Shown here: positions 1 to 8,224 of the stretch, one piece after another
Position numbering within the stretch: position 1 is the first letter of the stretch
How the letters are laid out: every line of letters starts with the position of its first letter
NCBI GenBank assembly: GCA_016287855.1
Contig: JAEEXS010000007.1
Location: 1-28,768, forward strand
Direction: 5' to 3'
DNA from: Clostridia bacterium
Lineage (GTDB): Bacteria > Bacillota > Clostridia > TANB77 > RGIG9151
DNA length: 28,768 nucleotides
The notes under the pieces: generated by a model
Told to the model about the DNA's origin: nothing
Database searches by the model: none
The model's input: only the letters and a program-made list of their open reading frames with translations
Made by a program: the position numbers and the translations under genes

Positions 1-304
1 GATCACCTAAATTATCTACTGGATTTCCAAGTACATTAAATACTCGACCTAAAACCTCTTTTCCAACAGGAACTTTAATAGGTGCCCCCGTATCTATTGC
101 TTTCATTCCTCTTTGTAGGCCTTCTGTTGCAGACATAGCAACACAACGTACGGTATCATTTCCTAAGTGTTGCATAACCTCAGCAACAACATACGAATCT
201 TGATACGGAATATGAATTGCGTTATACAGAGCTGGTAATTCCTCCTTTTCAAACCGTATATCCAGTACCGCTCCAATTATTTGAGTTAATTTACCTTCAC
301 CCAT
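1..304 (-). CDS. atpD: F1 ATP synthase beta subunit, N-terminal part (runs off the window edge)
   Basis: My own minus-strand translation from ATG 304-302 gives [31 protein letters not shown]...[28 protein letters not shown], typical of the beta-subunit N-terminal barrel. AGGAGGA Shine-Dalgarno (SD) at 310-316. It follows atpG in canonical operon order. Confidence 0.9.
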   Translation of the reverse strand, partial: MGEGKLTQIIGAVLDIRFEKEELPALYNAIHIPYQDSYVVAEVMQHLGNDTVRCVAMSATEGLQRGMKAIDTGAPIKVPVGKEVLGRVFNVLGNPVDNLGD

Positions 305-385
305 TTTTTATCCTCCTATCAATTTACCTATCTATTTTAATTATAGACTTTTTACATTTTTTTAGGTCGCATAAAAAGCGACATT

Positions 386-1252
386 TTAAACACTAGCAGC
401 CCCACCAACAATCTCAGAGATTTCCTGAGTAATTGCTGCCTGACGAGCCCTATTGTAGTTTAACGTTAATTTGTTAACTATCTTCTCTGCATTGCTTGTA
501 GCATTATCCATAGCATTCATACGAGCAGAATGTTCACTAACGTATGCTTCAATAAATCCAGAATATAAAATTCCTTTTACAAACTTACTAGCAAGAACGT
601 CAAACACCTCTTCTGGTGTTGGCTCTAAAGATAATTTCATAAATCTATCTATTTCTTTTTCTGGATTTATAACATCAGTCTTTTCTAGTGGAAGTAACTT
701 CATAATACGTGGTTTTAAAGAAATTGCAGATTCCATCTCTGTAAATATTAAATATAATTCATCAATCTCACCAGCTTTAAACAAATCAATAAGATGATCA
801 GCAACAGATTGAGCAACCGCTATATCATTAATCTCTCCGTCATATCCAAAATCAGTTACAGTATTATACCCTTGTTTTATCATTTGGTTTAGTACAACAT
901 TTCCAACCGGAAATACCACAGAATTCTCTTTCTTTATAACACTATTAGCAAGTTTTATTATATTATGGTTGTATCCACCATTTAAACCTTTATCTGAGGC
1001 CACAACTATATATCCGCTCTTTTTATCTAGTTTATCCTCTGCTTTTCTAAAATAAACAGACTCAATATCTGGTAAATGAGCCAATATATCTGTCATAATA
1101 TCTTGAACGCGCCTAAAGAAAGGCATAGTTGCTTCATGCATCTGTTTTGCTTTCTTTAACTTAGAAGCAGATATTAACTTCATAGCTTTTGTTATCTTTT
1201 TAGTTTCATTTATACCCTTAATTCTAAGCTTTATCTCTCTAGCATTAGACAT
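386..1252 (-). CDS. atpG: F1 ATP synthase gamma subunit
   Basis: 288 aa. N-terminal IKLRIKGINETKKITKAMKLISASKL and C-terminal NRARQAAITQEISEIVGGA are gamma-subunit signatures. GGGGGGAG SD upstream of ATG 1252. Confidence 0.95.
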   Translation of the reverse strand: MSNAREIKLRIKGINETKKITKAMKLISASKLKKAKQMHEATMPFFRRVQDIMTDILAHLPDIESVYFRKAEDKLDKKSGYIVVASDKGLNGGYNHNIIKLANSVIKKENSVVFPVGNVVLNQMIKQGYNTVTDFGYDGEINDIAVAQSVADHLIDLFKAGEIDELYLIFTEMESAISLKPRIMKLLPLEKTDVINPEKEIDRFMKLSLEPTPEEVFDVLASKFVKGILYSGFIEAYVSEHSARMNAMDNATSNAEKIVNKLTLNYNRARQAAITQEISEIVGGAASV

Positions 1253-1305
1253 ATTCTCCCCCCTTTATATTGGGAATTAATGCTACCCATACAAATTACT
1301 TTTTA

Positions 1306-1662
1306 TTAATAGAAATGTTTAAAAAACTCTCTTATTTCATTTAATATATACTCTCCTAAATACAGCACACCCTTGCCTAAATAAGTAGTCGCAATAAATA
1401 ATTGCCATATAAAAACAATAAGTATGCACACAATGATTATATTACATATCCTTTTCGCAACATTAACCTTTTTACGGGTATCCTCTGACATTTTCTCATT
1501 TACGCTGTTAGCTATCTTATCCCTAATTTTTAGATAACCAACTGCTACTGCCAAAAGTAATACAAAAATTCCAATACCAATTGCCTTATCTTTAAATGTT
1601 AAACTGGACAAAATTCCACTAATAAGGAGTATTATAGTATAACAGCCACAACCAAATTCCAT
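1306..1662 (-). CDS. Hypothetical small membrane protein (about 3 predicted TM helices) embedded in the atp operon
   Basis: 118-aa ORF with three hydrophobic stretches (YTIILLISGILSSLTF, AIGIGIFVLLLAVAVGYL, ICNIIIVCILIVFIWQLFIATTYL). GGGTGA SD-like sequence lies 4-5 nt before the ATG. Gaps are 39 nt after atpA and 53 nt before atpG, with no terminator seen. Composition matches the host. Confidence 0.6.
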   Translation of the reverse strand: MEFGCGCYTIILLISGILSSLTFKDKAIGIGIFVLLLAVAVGYLKIRDKIANSVNEKMSEDTRKKVNVAKRICNIIIVCILIVFIWQLFIATTYLGKGVLYLGEYILNEIREFFKHFY

Positions 1663-1701
1663 ATTTTCACCCGCTGACTATAATTAAATAAAAACTTCAA
1701 A

Positions 1702-3216
1702 TTATACCTTGAACCAAGCTTTAAAATCATCAATAGCCTTAAGTAATTTTTCTTCTAGGTCTGGTTTTATTTCTTTAGTTTCTTTTATAGTTGTTAAAAT
1801 TTCAGGACATTTGGTTTCAATATGTTTTATTAGCCCCGCATTAAATTCAGCAACATCTTTTACTTCTACATCAGATAAATGACCATTAACAACTGCATAT
1901 AATATAACTACCTGTTTTTCAACAGCTAATGTATTATATTGTGGTTGTTTTAATGTTTCTAGAGTTCTTTGCCCTTGTTTTAATTTATCTAATGTAAATT
2001 TATCCAAGTCTGAACCGAACTGAGCAAAAGCAGCAAGTTCTCTATATTGAGCAAGGTCAATTCTTATACGACCTGCTAACTTTTTCATAGCCTTAATTTG
2101 AGCAGCACCACCAACACGAGATACTGAAAGTCCAGCATTAACAGCAGGTCTTTGACCAGAGAAGAATAACTCACTCTCTAAGTAAATTTGACCATCAGTA
2201 ATTGAAATAACGTTTGTAGGTATATATGCCGAAACGTCTCCTGCCAATGTTTCAATTATAGGAAGAGCTGTAATTGAACCGCCTCCATGTTCCTTATCCA
2301 TCTTAGCAGCACGCTCGAGTAGTCTTGAATGGAGATAGAATACGTCTCCAGGATAAGCCTCACGTCCAGGTGGTCTTTTTAGTAGCAAAGACATTGCACG
2401 ATAAGCCTGTGCATGCTTAGATAAATCATCATAAACAATTAATACATCTCTATGTTTTTCATACATAAAATACTCAGCAATAGCGCAACCAGCATAAGGA
2501 GCAATATATTGTGCAGGTGCAAGATCACTTGCTGTAGCAGATACAACAATAGTATAATCCATAGCGCCATGACGTTTTAATGTTTCAACGACACCAGCTA
2601 CAGAAGAACCTTTTTGACCAATTGCTACATATATACAAATTACATCTTCACCTTTTTGATTTATAATTGTATCAACTGCAATAGCAGTTTTACCAGTTTG
2701 TCTATCTCCTATTATTAATTCACGTTGACCACGTCCAATAGGTGTCATTGAATCGATAGCTAAGATACCAGTTTGAAGAGGTTTATTAACCGATTCACGA
2801 GTGGTAACACCAGGTGCTAAGAATTCAACATCGCGGTAACTTTCTACCTTAAAATCACCCTTACCGTCTATTGGTCTTCCAACAGCATCTATTACTCTTC
2901 CTATTATTTCTTCTCCAACTGGCACACTAACAGAACGCCCAGTTCTCTTAGCTTCAGTTCCTTCTTTAACAACTTTTTCTCCACCTAGTAAAACGCATCC
3001 TACGTTATCCTCTTCTAAGTTCATTGCCATTCCTAGAACGTTATCTCCAAAATCAATAAGCTCTCCGCATATACAATCATCAAGCCCATAAACCTTAGCT
3101 ATACCATCTCCGGCTTGAATAACGTATCCAACCTCATTGGTAATTACCTTTGATTCGTAATCCTCTATTCGTTTTCTTAGGATTTCACTGACTTCTTCTG
3201 GTTTTATTGTCACCAA
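1702..3216 (-). CDS. atpA: F1 ATP synthase alpha subunit
   Basis: 504 aa with Walker A GDRQTGKT and full-length alpha-subunit character. The track start at 3216 is TTG. The GTG at 3213 sits 6 nt after a GGGGGAG SD and is the likelier start ([12 protein letters not shown]...). Confidence 0.95.
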   Translation of the reverse strand: MVTIKPEEVSEILRKRIEDYESKVITNEVGYVIQAGDGIAKVYGLDDCICGELIDFGDNVLGMAMNLEEDNVGCVLLGGEKVVKEGTEAKRTGRSVSVPVGEEIIGRVIDAVGRPIDGKGDFKVESYRDVEFLAPGVTTRESVNKPLQTGILAIDSMTPIGRGQRELIIGDRQTGKTAIAVDTIINQKGEDVICIYVAIGQKGSSVAGVVETLKRHGAMDYTIVVSATASDLAPAQYIAPYAGCAIAEYFMYEKHRDVLIVYDDLSKHAQAYRAMSLLLKRPPGREAYPGDVFYLHSRLLERAAKMDKEHGGGSITALPIIETLAGDVSAYIPTNVISITDGQIYLESELFFSGQRPAVNAGLSVSRVGGAAQIKAMKKLAGRIRIDLAQYRELAAFAQFGSDLDKFTLDKLKQGQRTLETLKQPQYNTLAVEKQVVILYAVVNGHLSDVEVKDVAEFNAGLIKHIETKCPEILTTIKETKEIKPDLEEKLLKAIDDFKAWFKV

Positions 3217-3230
3217 AATCTCCCCCTTAA

Positions 3231-3746
3231 TTAAAAGATATTTCTAAGCTGAGTTTTTAAGCTCCCATCATAAACTTTATTTCCTACAACTACTTTAACT
3301 CCACCAAGTAAACTTTCATCTATTGTCAAATCATACTTAACGGTAGTTGCATTATAAAGTTTTTTATATTTATCGGATATACCGTTAATTTCATCATCAT
3401 CAAGCGAACTAGCGCTGATTATATTTATAAATAATTCATTATTCATAATCTTTGTTAACTCGCTATACTCTTTAGCGATTCCGTCTATGTATTTAATTCT
3501 ATTTCTGTCAATTAACAAGCTAATAAAACTAATAAACAAAGGATTAGTTTCTGAAAAAATTTCTTTTACCACCCCAGTCTTAACACTCGAGCTAATTCTA
3601 GGATCTAATAAAGCTTTTTTAAATTGACCGTTACTATTAAATAACTCAGAAATTTCGTCTAATTCATGACTCGCCTTAATTTTGGCATCTTTATCTTTAA
3701 TAGCATCCATTAAGGCTTGTGCATAGCGTCTTTCAATCGCAGACAT
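3231..3746 (-). CDS. atpH: F1 ATP synthase delta (OSCP) subunit
   Basis: 171 aa. It sits between atpF and atpA. RYAQALMD start and C-terminal [20 protein letters not shown] are typical of delta. AGGAGTG SD. Confidence 0.9.
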   Translation of the reverse strand: MSAIERRYAQALMDAIKDKDAKIKASHELDEISELFNSNGQFKKALLDPRISSSVKTGVVKEIFSETNPLFISFISLLIDRNRIKYIDGIAKEYSELTKIMNNELFINIISASSLDDDEINGISDKYKKLYNATTVKYDLTIDESLLGGVKVVVGNKVYDGSLKTQLRNIF

Positions 3747-3759
3747 TAAAAATCACTCC

Positions 3760-4254
3760 TTACGCTACTCCGGAATCTTCAAGGAAATCAGAAATAAGTT
3801 TCTTATTAGTTTCTGAATCCATATTTTTCTTAATAACTTTCTCACTTGCAGAAATAACAAGTCCTCCAACTTCTTTCTTTAAAGAAGCTAGAGCTTTTTC
3901 TTTTTCAACTTCAATTTCTTTTCTAGCGCTGTCAATAATTGTCTTTGCATCATTTTTAGCTGTATTTAAGGTATCATTATATTCAGCAATTGCCATAGCA
4001 CGTTGCTCTTCTATAATCTTTTTACCTTCTTCTCCGGCACCTTTTAATTTTTCAGCATATTCTAATTTCATATTTTCTACTTCTTCTTTTAAAGAATTTG
4101 CAGAATTAATAGCCTCTTCTATTTTATTATTACGATTATCAATAAACTTTGTAACCGGCTTAAATAAAAGTAATTTCAACACAATAAATAACACCAGTAA
4201 ATTTACTACTGTAAGTCCAAATGTTGACCAAAATGTTTCATCAAAAGCAAACAT
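3760..4254 (-). CDS. atpF: Fo ATP synthase subunit b
   Basis: 164 aa with a single N-terminal TM helix followed by a long charged coiled coil. GGAGG SD. Operon position fits. Confidence 0.9.
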   Translation of the reverse strand: MFAFDETFWSTFGLTVVNLLVLFIVLKLLLFKPVTKFIDNRNNKIEEAINSANSLKEEVENMKLEYAEKLKGAGEEGKKIIEEQRAMAIAEYNDTLNTAKNDAKTIIDSARKEIEVEKEKALASLKKEVGGLVISASEKVIKKNMDSETNKKLISDFLEDSGVA

Positions 4255-4317
4255 AATTTACCTCCAAAAATTTCTTTTTAGGGCAAGAAAAAATCTTGCC
4301 CATCTTCACATAAATTA

Positions 4318-4524
4318 CTAAAGCATAAGCGCAATAACCAAGCCATAAATAGCTGTAGCTTCTGCTAATGCAGCACCTAATAATAAAACTGTTTGAATCT
4401 TTCCACTTGCTTCTGGTTGTCTTGAAACAGCTTCAACAGCCTTACCTGTGGCAATACCTATACCAATTCCGGCACCAACACCAGTAAAAACAGCAATAGC
4501 TTTTGCAATAACTGCTAATTCCAT
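4318..4524 (-). CDS. atpE: Fo ATP synthase subunit c
   Basis: Two-helix hairpin proteolipid with an RQPE loop and the carboxylate in [14 protein letters not shown]. The track ORF starts at GTG 4536, but AAAGGTGGTG (near-perfect anti-16S match) lies 6 nt upstream of ATG 4524. I therefore call MELAVIAK... as the start. Confidence 0.9.
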   Translation of the reverse strand: MELAVIAKAIAVFTGVGAGIGIGIATGKAVEAVSRQPEASGKIQTVLLLGAALAEATAIYGLVIALML

Positions 4525-4546
4525 TCCTTTCACCACCTTTCAATAA

Positions 4547-5233
4547 CTACTCTTCAACCTCAATTGCTTCGGATATGTAAAGTGTAGTTAAAAGACAAAA
4601 TACAAATGCTTGAAGTCCGCCATCAAATAAATCAAAATACAAGCTTGCAAACGACGGAGCAATTGGGAAATGAACTAGCATTTCCATTAAAATATAAGCT
4701 CCAAATATATTACCAAAAAGTCGCATGCATAGTGATAACGGCTTTATAGCATACTCAAGTAAATTGAATGGGAACATGATTGGTGTAGGCGCAAATAATC
4801 CTTTTACCCAGCCTTTAAGTCCCTTATATCTAATACCTGCACCCAAAACAATAACGATTGTCATTATCGCCAAAGCAACAGGAACTGCAAACGTCCTCGT
4901 AGGAGGTTTTGCAAAGAAAGTAGCACCTAAAATATTTGAGAATAGCAAATAAAGGCCTAGCGTGCCGATATACGGTGCAAAAGCCTTATAATGTTTTTCT
5001 CCCATTATTCCTTTAACAAAATTATTTATAAGTTCAACAACAACCTCCGCCGAATTTTGTAAACCCGTCGGAACTGCCTTCATTTTTCTAGTAGCTAAAA
5101 ACGCCCATAATATAAGTAGCGCCATAATAACCCAAGAAGTAACTATTATTTCAGTAATTACAATATTAAAAGAAATACTTGTAAAAGGTATCGTTACAGG
5201 GATCTTCGCAAGAACTGCAATTTCTTCCTCCAT
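4547..5233 (-). CDS. atpB: Fo ATP synthase subunit a
   Basis: 228 aa polytopic membrane protein carrying the conserved Arg region (LSLCMRLFGNIFGAY). GAGGAG SD. First gene of the operon; no atpI is present upstream. Confidence 0.93.
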   Translation of the reverse strand: MEEEIAVLAKIPVTIPFTSISFNIVITEIIVTSWVIMALLILWAFLATRKMKAVPTGLQNSAEVVVELINNFVKGIMGEKHYKAFAPYIGTLGLYLLFSNILGATFFAKPPTRTFAVPVALAIMTIVIVLGAGIRYKGLKGWVKGLFAPTPIMFPFNLLEYAIKPLSLCMRLFGNIFGAYILMEMLVHFPIAPSFASLYFDLFDGGLQAFVFCLLTTLYISEAIEVEE

Positions 5234-5361
5234 ATAAAACTCCTCACTTTTTCTAATGTAAAATATATAATGTATAGTTTAAATAAGTTAAACTACTCTT
5301 TGACATTACAATAAAATATCGTCAAAATTTACAAAAAACTTATAATTTATAAAAAATATTT

Positions 5362-5841
5362 TTACTTTATTAATTTATTCAAAACATCAAATGCTGGATT
5401 AGTTTTTTCAATATTCGAACAATTGCATTTTTCGACATTTAAATTCTTACCACATTTAGTGCATATTCCCTTACAATCATCTTTGCATAAAATTTTTACA
5501 GGCAAATTTAGTCTGAAATTTTCTAATATCATATCATCAAAATCTATTTCATCTCCAACTAACGGATATTCTTCTTCTCCCGGTTCTCTTCTATAAGTTT
5601 CAAAAATTTCAAACTCTAATTCTTTTTCTGTTTTTTCTCCACATAAGTGACAATTAGTAGTAAATTTTGAAATAACTTTACCAGATATCTCTACAAAATC
5701 CATACCTTTTTTTAGCGTTCCAATAAATTTCATAGGTTCTATAAAATCTATTTCATCGCCGTTATTTATAAGGTTATCACATTCAATACTACCTTCATAA
5801 TTCATTAAATTTTCAGTTATATTTTTTAATAGTATTTTCAT
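5362..5841 (-). CDS. DUF177/YceD-family protein (23S rRNA accumulation protein YceD-like)
   Basis: Cysteine motifs CHLCGE and CKGICTKCGKNLN..CNC plus an acidic C-terminal half are typical of DUF177. The track start at 5856 is TTG. ATG 5841 (MKILLKNITE) lies 6 nt after a GAGGAG SD and is preferred. Confidence 0.8.
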   Translation of the reverse strand: MKILLKNITENLMNYEGSIECDNLINNGDEIDFIEPMKFIGTLKKGMDFVEISGKVISKFTTNCHLCGEKTEKELEFEIFETYRREPGEEEYPLVGDEIDFDDMILENFRLNLPVKILCKDDCKGICTKCGKNLNVEKCNCSNIEKTNPAFDVLNKLIK

Positions 5842-5914
5842 AATCTTACTCCTCAAAAAAAGTCTAACATTTTTTTATTTTATATGCAAGTATCTTTTTG
5901 TTTAAAAAGAAAAA

Positions 5915-5936
5915 GACCTCGAAATCAATCGAGGTC
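5915..5936 (-). terminator. Rho-independent terminator downstream of hup
   Basis: GACCTCGA / TCGAGGTC 8-bp stem with a 6-nt loop. The minus-strand transcript continues into UUUUUCUUUUU (plus-strand aaaaagaaaaa at 5904-5914). A T run also follows on the plus strand, so it could act in both directions. Confidence 0.75.
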
Positions 5937-5949
5937 GTATTTTTATGTA

Positions 5950-6222
5950 TTATTTGCAAGAATCTTTTAAAGATTTACCAGCTTTGAATACTGGAGCCTT
6001 TGTTGCAGGAATCTTGATAGCTTGTTTTGTTCTAGGGTTAACACCTGTTCTTGCAGCTCTCTTACGAACTTCAAATGTACCAAATCCAACTAATTGGATC
6101 TTTTCACCTTTCTTAAGTGCAGCTTGTACTGTTTCAACAAATGCGTTTAATGCACTTTCAGAATCTTTCTTTGTTAGATTGCTTTTTGCAGCGATCATAG
6201 AAACTAAATCTGCTTTGTTCAT
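5950..6222 (-). CDS. hup: Histone-like DNA-binding protein HU
   Basis: 90 aa: MNKADLVSMIA...GFGTFEVRKRAARTGVNPRTKQAIKIPATKAPVFKAGK, a textbook HU/IHF fold sequence. AGGAGG SD. Confidence 0.97.
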   Translation of the reverse strand: MNKADLVSMIAAKSNLTKKDSESALNAFVETVQAALKKGEKIQLVGFGTFEVRKRAARTGVNPRTKQAIKIPATKAPVFKAGKSLKDSCK

Positions 6223-6329
6223 TTTTCATTCCTCCTATAAAATTTTCTTGAACCGGTAACATTTTCCGGTACTTTCATGGATATATTTCTCCATATTTCA
6301 CTAATATCCTTCTTTTTTTTGAAAAAATG

Positions 6330-7199
6330 TTAATTTTCCGTGCTTTTAGCATTATTCCAATATTCCAGGAACATTTTACTTGGCATATTTTCAATATTTT
6401 TTTCATTTTTCAATGAAATTTCCTCAATTTTTTCTATTCTATTTAAAATTTTCTTAAAATTTTTGTTCAATGCGATCTCAGAATCTACTTTCATTGTATG
6501 TCCCAAAGAAACTACTGTACTTAAAACATCTCCTAATTCTTCTTCAAAATTATCTTGATCTTTTTGGCTATATGATTTCTCTAATTTATCTAATTCTTCT
6601 CTTGCCTTATTTATATAATCACTAAATTTGCCTGAAAAAACTTCTGGTTGCATTTTTTCAAGGTGAGAATACATTTTATAACTCTTCATAAGCGCTGGTA
6701 AATCTTCGGTCACGTGCCCCATAGCTTGAGATTTACTTTTTAATGATTTTTCTTTATTTTTGCTTTGAATAAAAAGTTTTAATGCATCTTCAGCATTTTG
6801 GGCCTTTTCTTCACCAAATACATGAGGATGCCTATTAATCATCTTTTTAGCAATTCCAGTTATAACATCATTTATATCAAACATTCCCTCATCTTTCGCA
6901 ATTTGTGCATGTAATAAAACTTGAAGTAAAACATCTCCTAATTCTTCACACATTCCCTCTTTTGAATTTGTATCTACTTCATGTATAAATTCATAAGACT
7001 CTTCAATTAAATTTTTTCTAAGACTTTCATGGGTTTGCTCTCTATCCCAAGGGCAACCATTTTCCGAACGCAACGTGCTTATTATTTCTACAAAATCATC
7101 AAACGTATATCTATTTTTATTTGTATCCAAAGTTTCAGCCTCCTTTAAAAATAATTTAATTTCTTTCATTGTTTTATCATATTTTTGGGAAATTTGCAA
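6330..7199 (-). CDS. mazG: MazG-family nucleoside triphosphate pyrophosphohydrolase (tandem MazG domains)
   Basis: GCPWDREQTHESLRKNLIEESYEFIHEV and EELGDVLLQVLLHAQIA are MazG motifs, and a second EELGDVL motif occurs in the C-terminal half. The start is uncertain: 7199 is TTG, ATG 7169 (MKEIKLF) is the alternative, and neither has a strong SD. Confidence 0.88.
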   Translation of the reverse strand: MQISQKYDKTMKEIKLFLKEAETLDTNKNRYTFDDFVEIISTLRSENGCPWDREQTHESLRKNLIEESYEFIHEVDTNSKEGMCEELGDVLLQVLLHAQIAKDEGMFDINDVITGIAKKMINRHPHVFGEEKAQNAEDALKLFIQSKNKEKSLKSKSQAMGHVTEDLPALMKSYKMYSHLEKMQPEVFSGKFSDYINKAREELDKLEKSYSQKDQDNFEEELGDVLSTVVSLGHTMKVDSEIALNKNFKKILNRIEKIEEISLKNEKNIENMPSKMFLEYWNNAKSTEN

Positions 7200-7273
7200 A
7201 TACTACTTACTATGTTAAAACAAGAAATATAAGTAATTAAAACTTATAATAAAGAAAGGAATGAGGTATAAAT

Positions 7274-7570
7274 ATGAATAACAGAAACTGGATTGCTGTA
7301 TTTTTAGGACTAGCTGGTTTGGTTCTTTTAGTAAGTGTAATGGGGGCCTCGAATAATTGGATGAATAATGGTACTAATAATAGCGGTACTGTTCCTCAAC
7401 AGATTAATCAAACTGTAAGAGGTATGGATTCTACTAATAAAGATAATTTGCCAACTAAAATAGATGGTAATGAGATGTTAGATAATATGTCTAATGGCAT
7501 AAATAACTTAACTAACACTCCTTCCACTACTCCTTCGCCAAGTCCTACAACTTCGCAAATGATGCAATAA
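7274..7570 (+). CDS. Hypothetical small secreted or membrane-anchored protein, low-complexity Asn/Ser/Thr/Pro-rich
   Basis: 98 aa with an N-terminal hydrophobic segment (WIAVFLGLAGLVLLVSVMGA). The rest is N/T/S/P-rich and ends in TPSTTPSPSPTTSQMMQ. AGGAATGAGG SD 7 nt upstream. One of only three plus-strand genes in the window. Confidence 0.55.
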   Translation: MNNRNWIAVFLGLAGLVLLVSVMGASNNWMNNGTNNSGTVPQQINQTVRGMDSTNKDNLPTKIDGNEMLDNMSNGINNLTNTPSTTPSPSPTTSQMMQ

Positions 7571-7590
7571 AAAAGTGGCTTCGCCACCTT

Positions 7591-7612
7591 GTGCAACTTC
7601 GTTGCACTTATT
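7591..7612 (+). terminator. Putative terminator hairpin after the small plus-strand ORF (second of two tandem TTC-loop hairpins)
   Basis: GTGCAAC-TTC-GTTGCAC (7591-7607) followed by TTATT. It is preceded by GTGGC-TTC-GCCAC (7575-7587). The U tract is short. Confidence 0.4.
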
Positions 7613-7690
7613 AAGGTAACTTTTTGATATAGGAAATACCTTTTTTATGCTCATTTCATTCGCATTTTTAGAGGAATTTCCTATTACATA

Positions 7691-7716
7691 AAAAAGGGGG
7701 ATTACCCCCTTTTTTC
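7691..7716 (-). terminator. Rho-independent terminator of the ribF-like gene; the stop codon lies in the loop
   Basis: The minus-strand RNA reads AAAAAAGGGGG-UAAU-CCCCCUUUUUU. The TAA stop (7702-7704) is in the loop, and the flanking A and U tracts make it potentially bidirectional. Confidence 0.8.
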
Positions 7717-8214
7717 TCGTAATTTAGTACTGCTAATAATTTCCCCGTTTTCTTTTAATAACTCTACAACAAAAACTTGAAAGCCGTATTTTTTACCTAA
7801 CTCTTTCATTAATTTTGCGGTTCCACTTCTGTCTTTCCCGAAAGTCGAATTTTCTCCAATAATAACCGCTTTGACATTTAACTTTTTGACCAAAATATCT
7901 CTCACAAATTCTTCTGGTAATAAATTAGCGAAGTTTTCATTAAAATTTTCATAAACTAAATAATCTATATTAAACTTTTCTAATGCTTTACTCTTCTCAT
8001 CGTTAGTCATAAGTGGAGTAAATTTTTCATGATTTAATACTAATTTAGGATTTTTATCAAAAGTATAAACTACATTTTTTAAATTCATGTTTCTTGAAAC
8101 TTCACTTAAAGTTTGGATTATTTTTTTATGTCCTAAATGAATTCCATCAAATTTTCCTATTGCAACCGCTGTTTCAGAATCAATATTAAAATTTGGCCCA
8201 TATAATATTTCCAT
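7702..8214 (-). CDS. FAD synthetase (FMN adenylyltransferase) domain protein, lacking the riboflavin kinase domain
   Basis: 170 aa. AIGKFDGIHLGHKKII is the nucleotidyltransferase (H/T)xGH motif of the RibF N-terminal domain. There is no C-terminal kinase module. AGGAGG SD. Confidence 0.8.
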   Translation of the reverse strand: MEILYGPNFNIDSETAVAIGKFDGIHLGHKKIIQTLSEVSRNMNLKNVVYTFDKNPKLVLNHEKFTPLMTNDEKSKALEKFNIDYLVYENFNENFANLLPEEFVRDILVKKLNVKAVIIGENSTFGKDRSGTAKLMKELGKKYGFQVFVVELLKENGEIISSTKLREKRG

Positions 8215-8224
8215 ATCTTTCCTC

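Noticed and set aside
340-385. A GTCGC-ataaaaa-GCGAC hairpin between atpG and atpD.
   Set aside because: The stem is only 5 bp and no U tract follows on the minus strand. It is unlikely to terminate within an operon that must express atpD.
471-797. Plus-strand shadow ORFs inside atp genes (471-797, 3719-4321, 4725-4952).
   Set aside because: They are antisense to confidently identified ATP synthase genes, their products are low-complexity, and they have no SD.
4318-4536. A possible Na+-coupled c-ring.
   Set aside because: The ion-binding Glu is present (LAEATAIY), but it is followed by Ala rather than Ser or Thr. The first helix ([11 protein letters not shown]) also lacks the Gln of Na+-binding c subunits such as that of Ilyobacter tartaricus. 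The sequence is consistent with an ordinary H+ enzyme.
5945-6259. Antisense or out-of-frame ORFs overlapping hup, mazG, the small peptide gene, the flippase and rsmD (5945-6259 +, 6340-6558 +, 7408-7596 -, 11300-11500 -, 12740-12922 +).
   Set aside because: Each lies wholly within or opposite a well-supported gene or terminator region. None has a recognisable motif or translation signal.
7629-7684. A 9-bp inverted repeat, ATAGGAAAT ... ATTTCCTAT, separated by 38 nt in the convergent intergenic region.
   Set aside because: It is short, AT-rich and a single copy within the window. I could associate no ORF or recognisable operator with it, so it may be chance.
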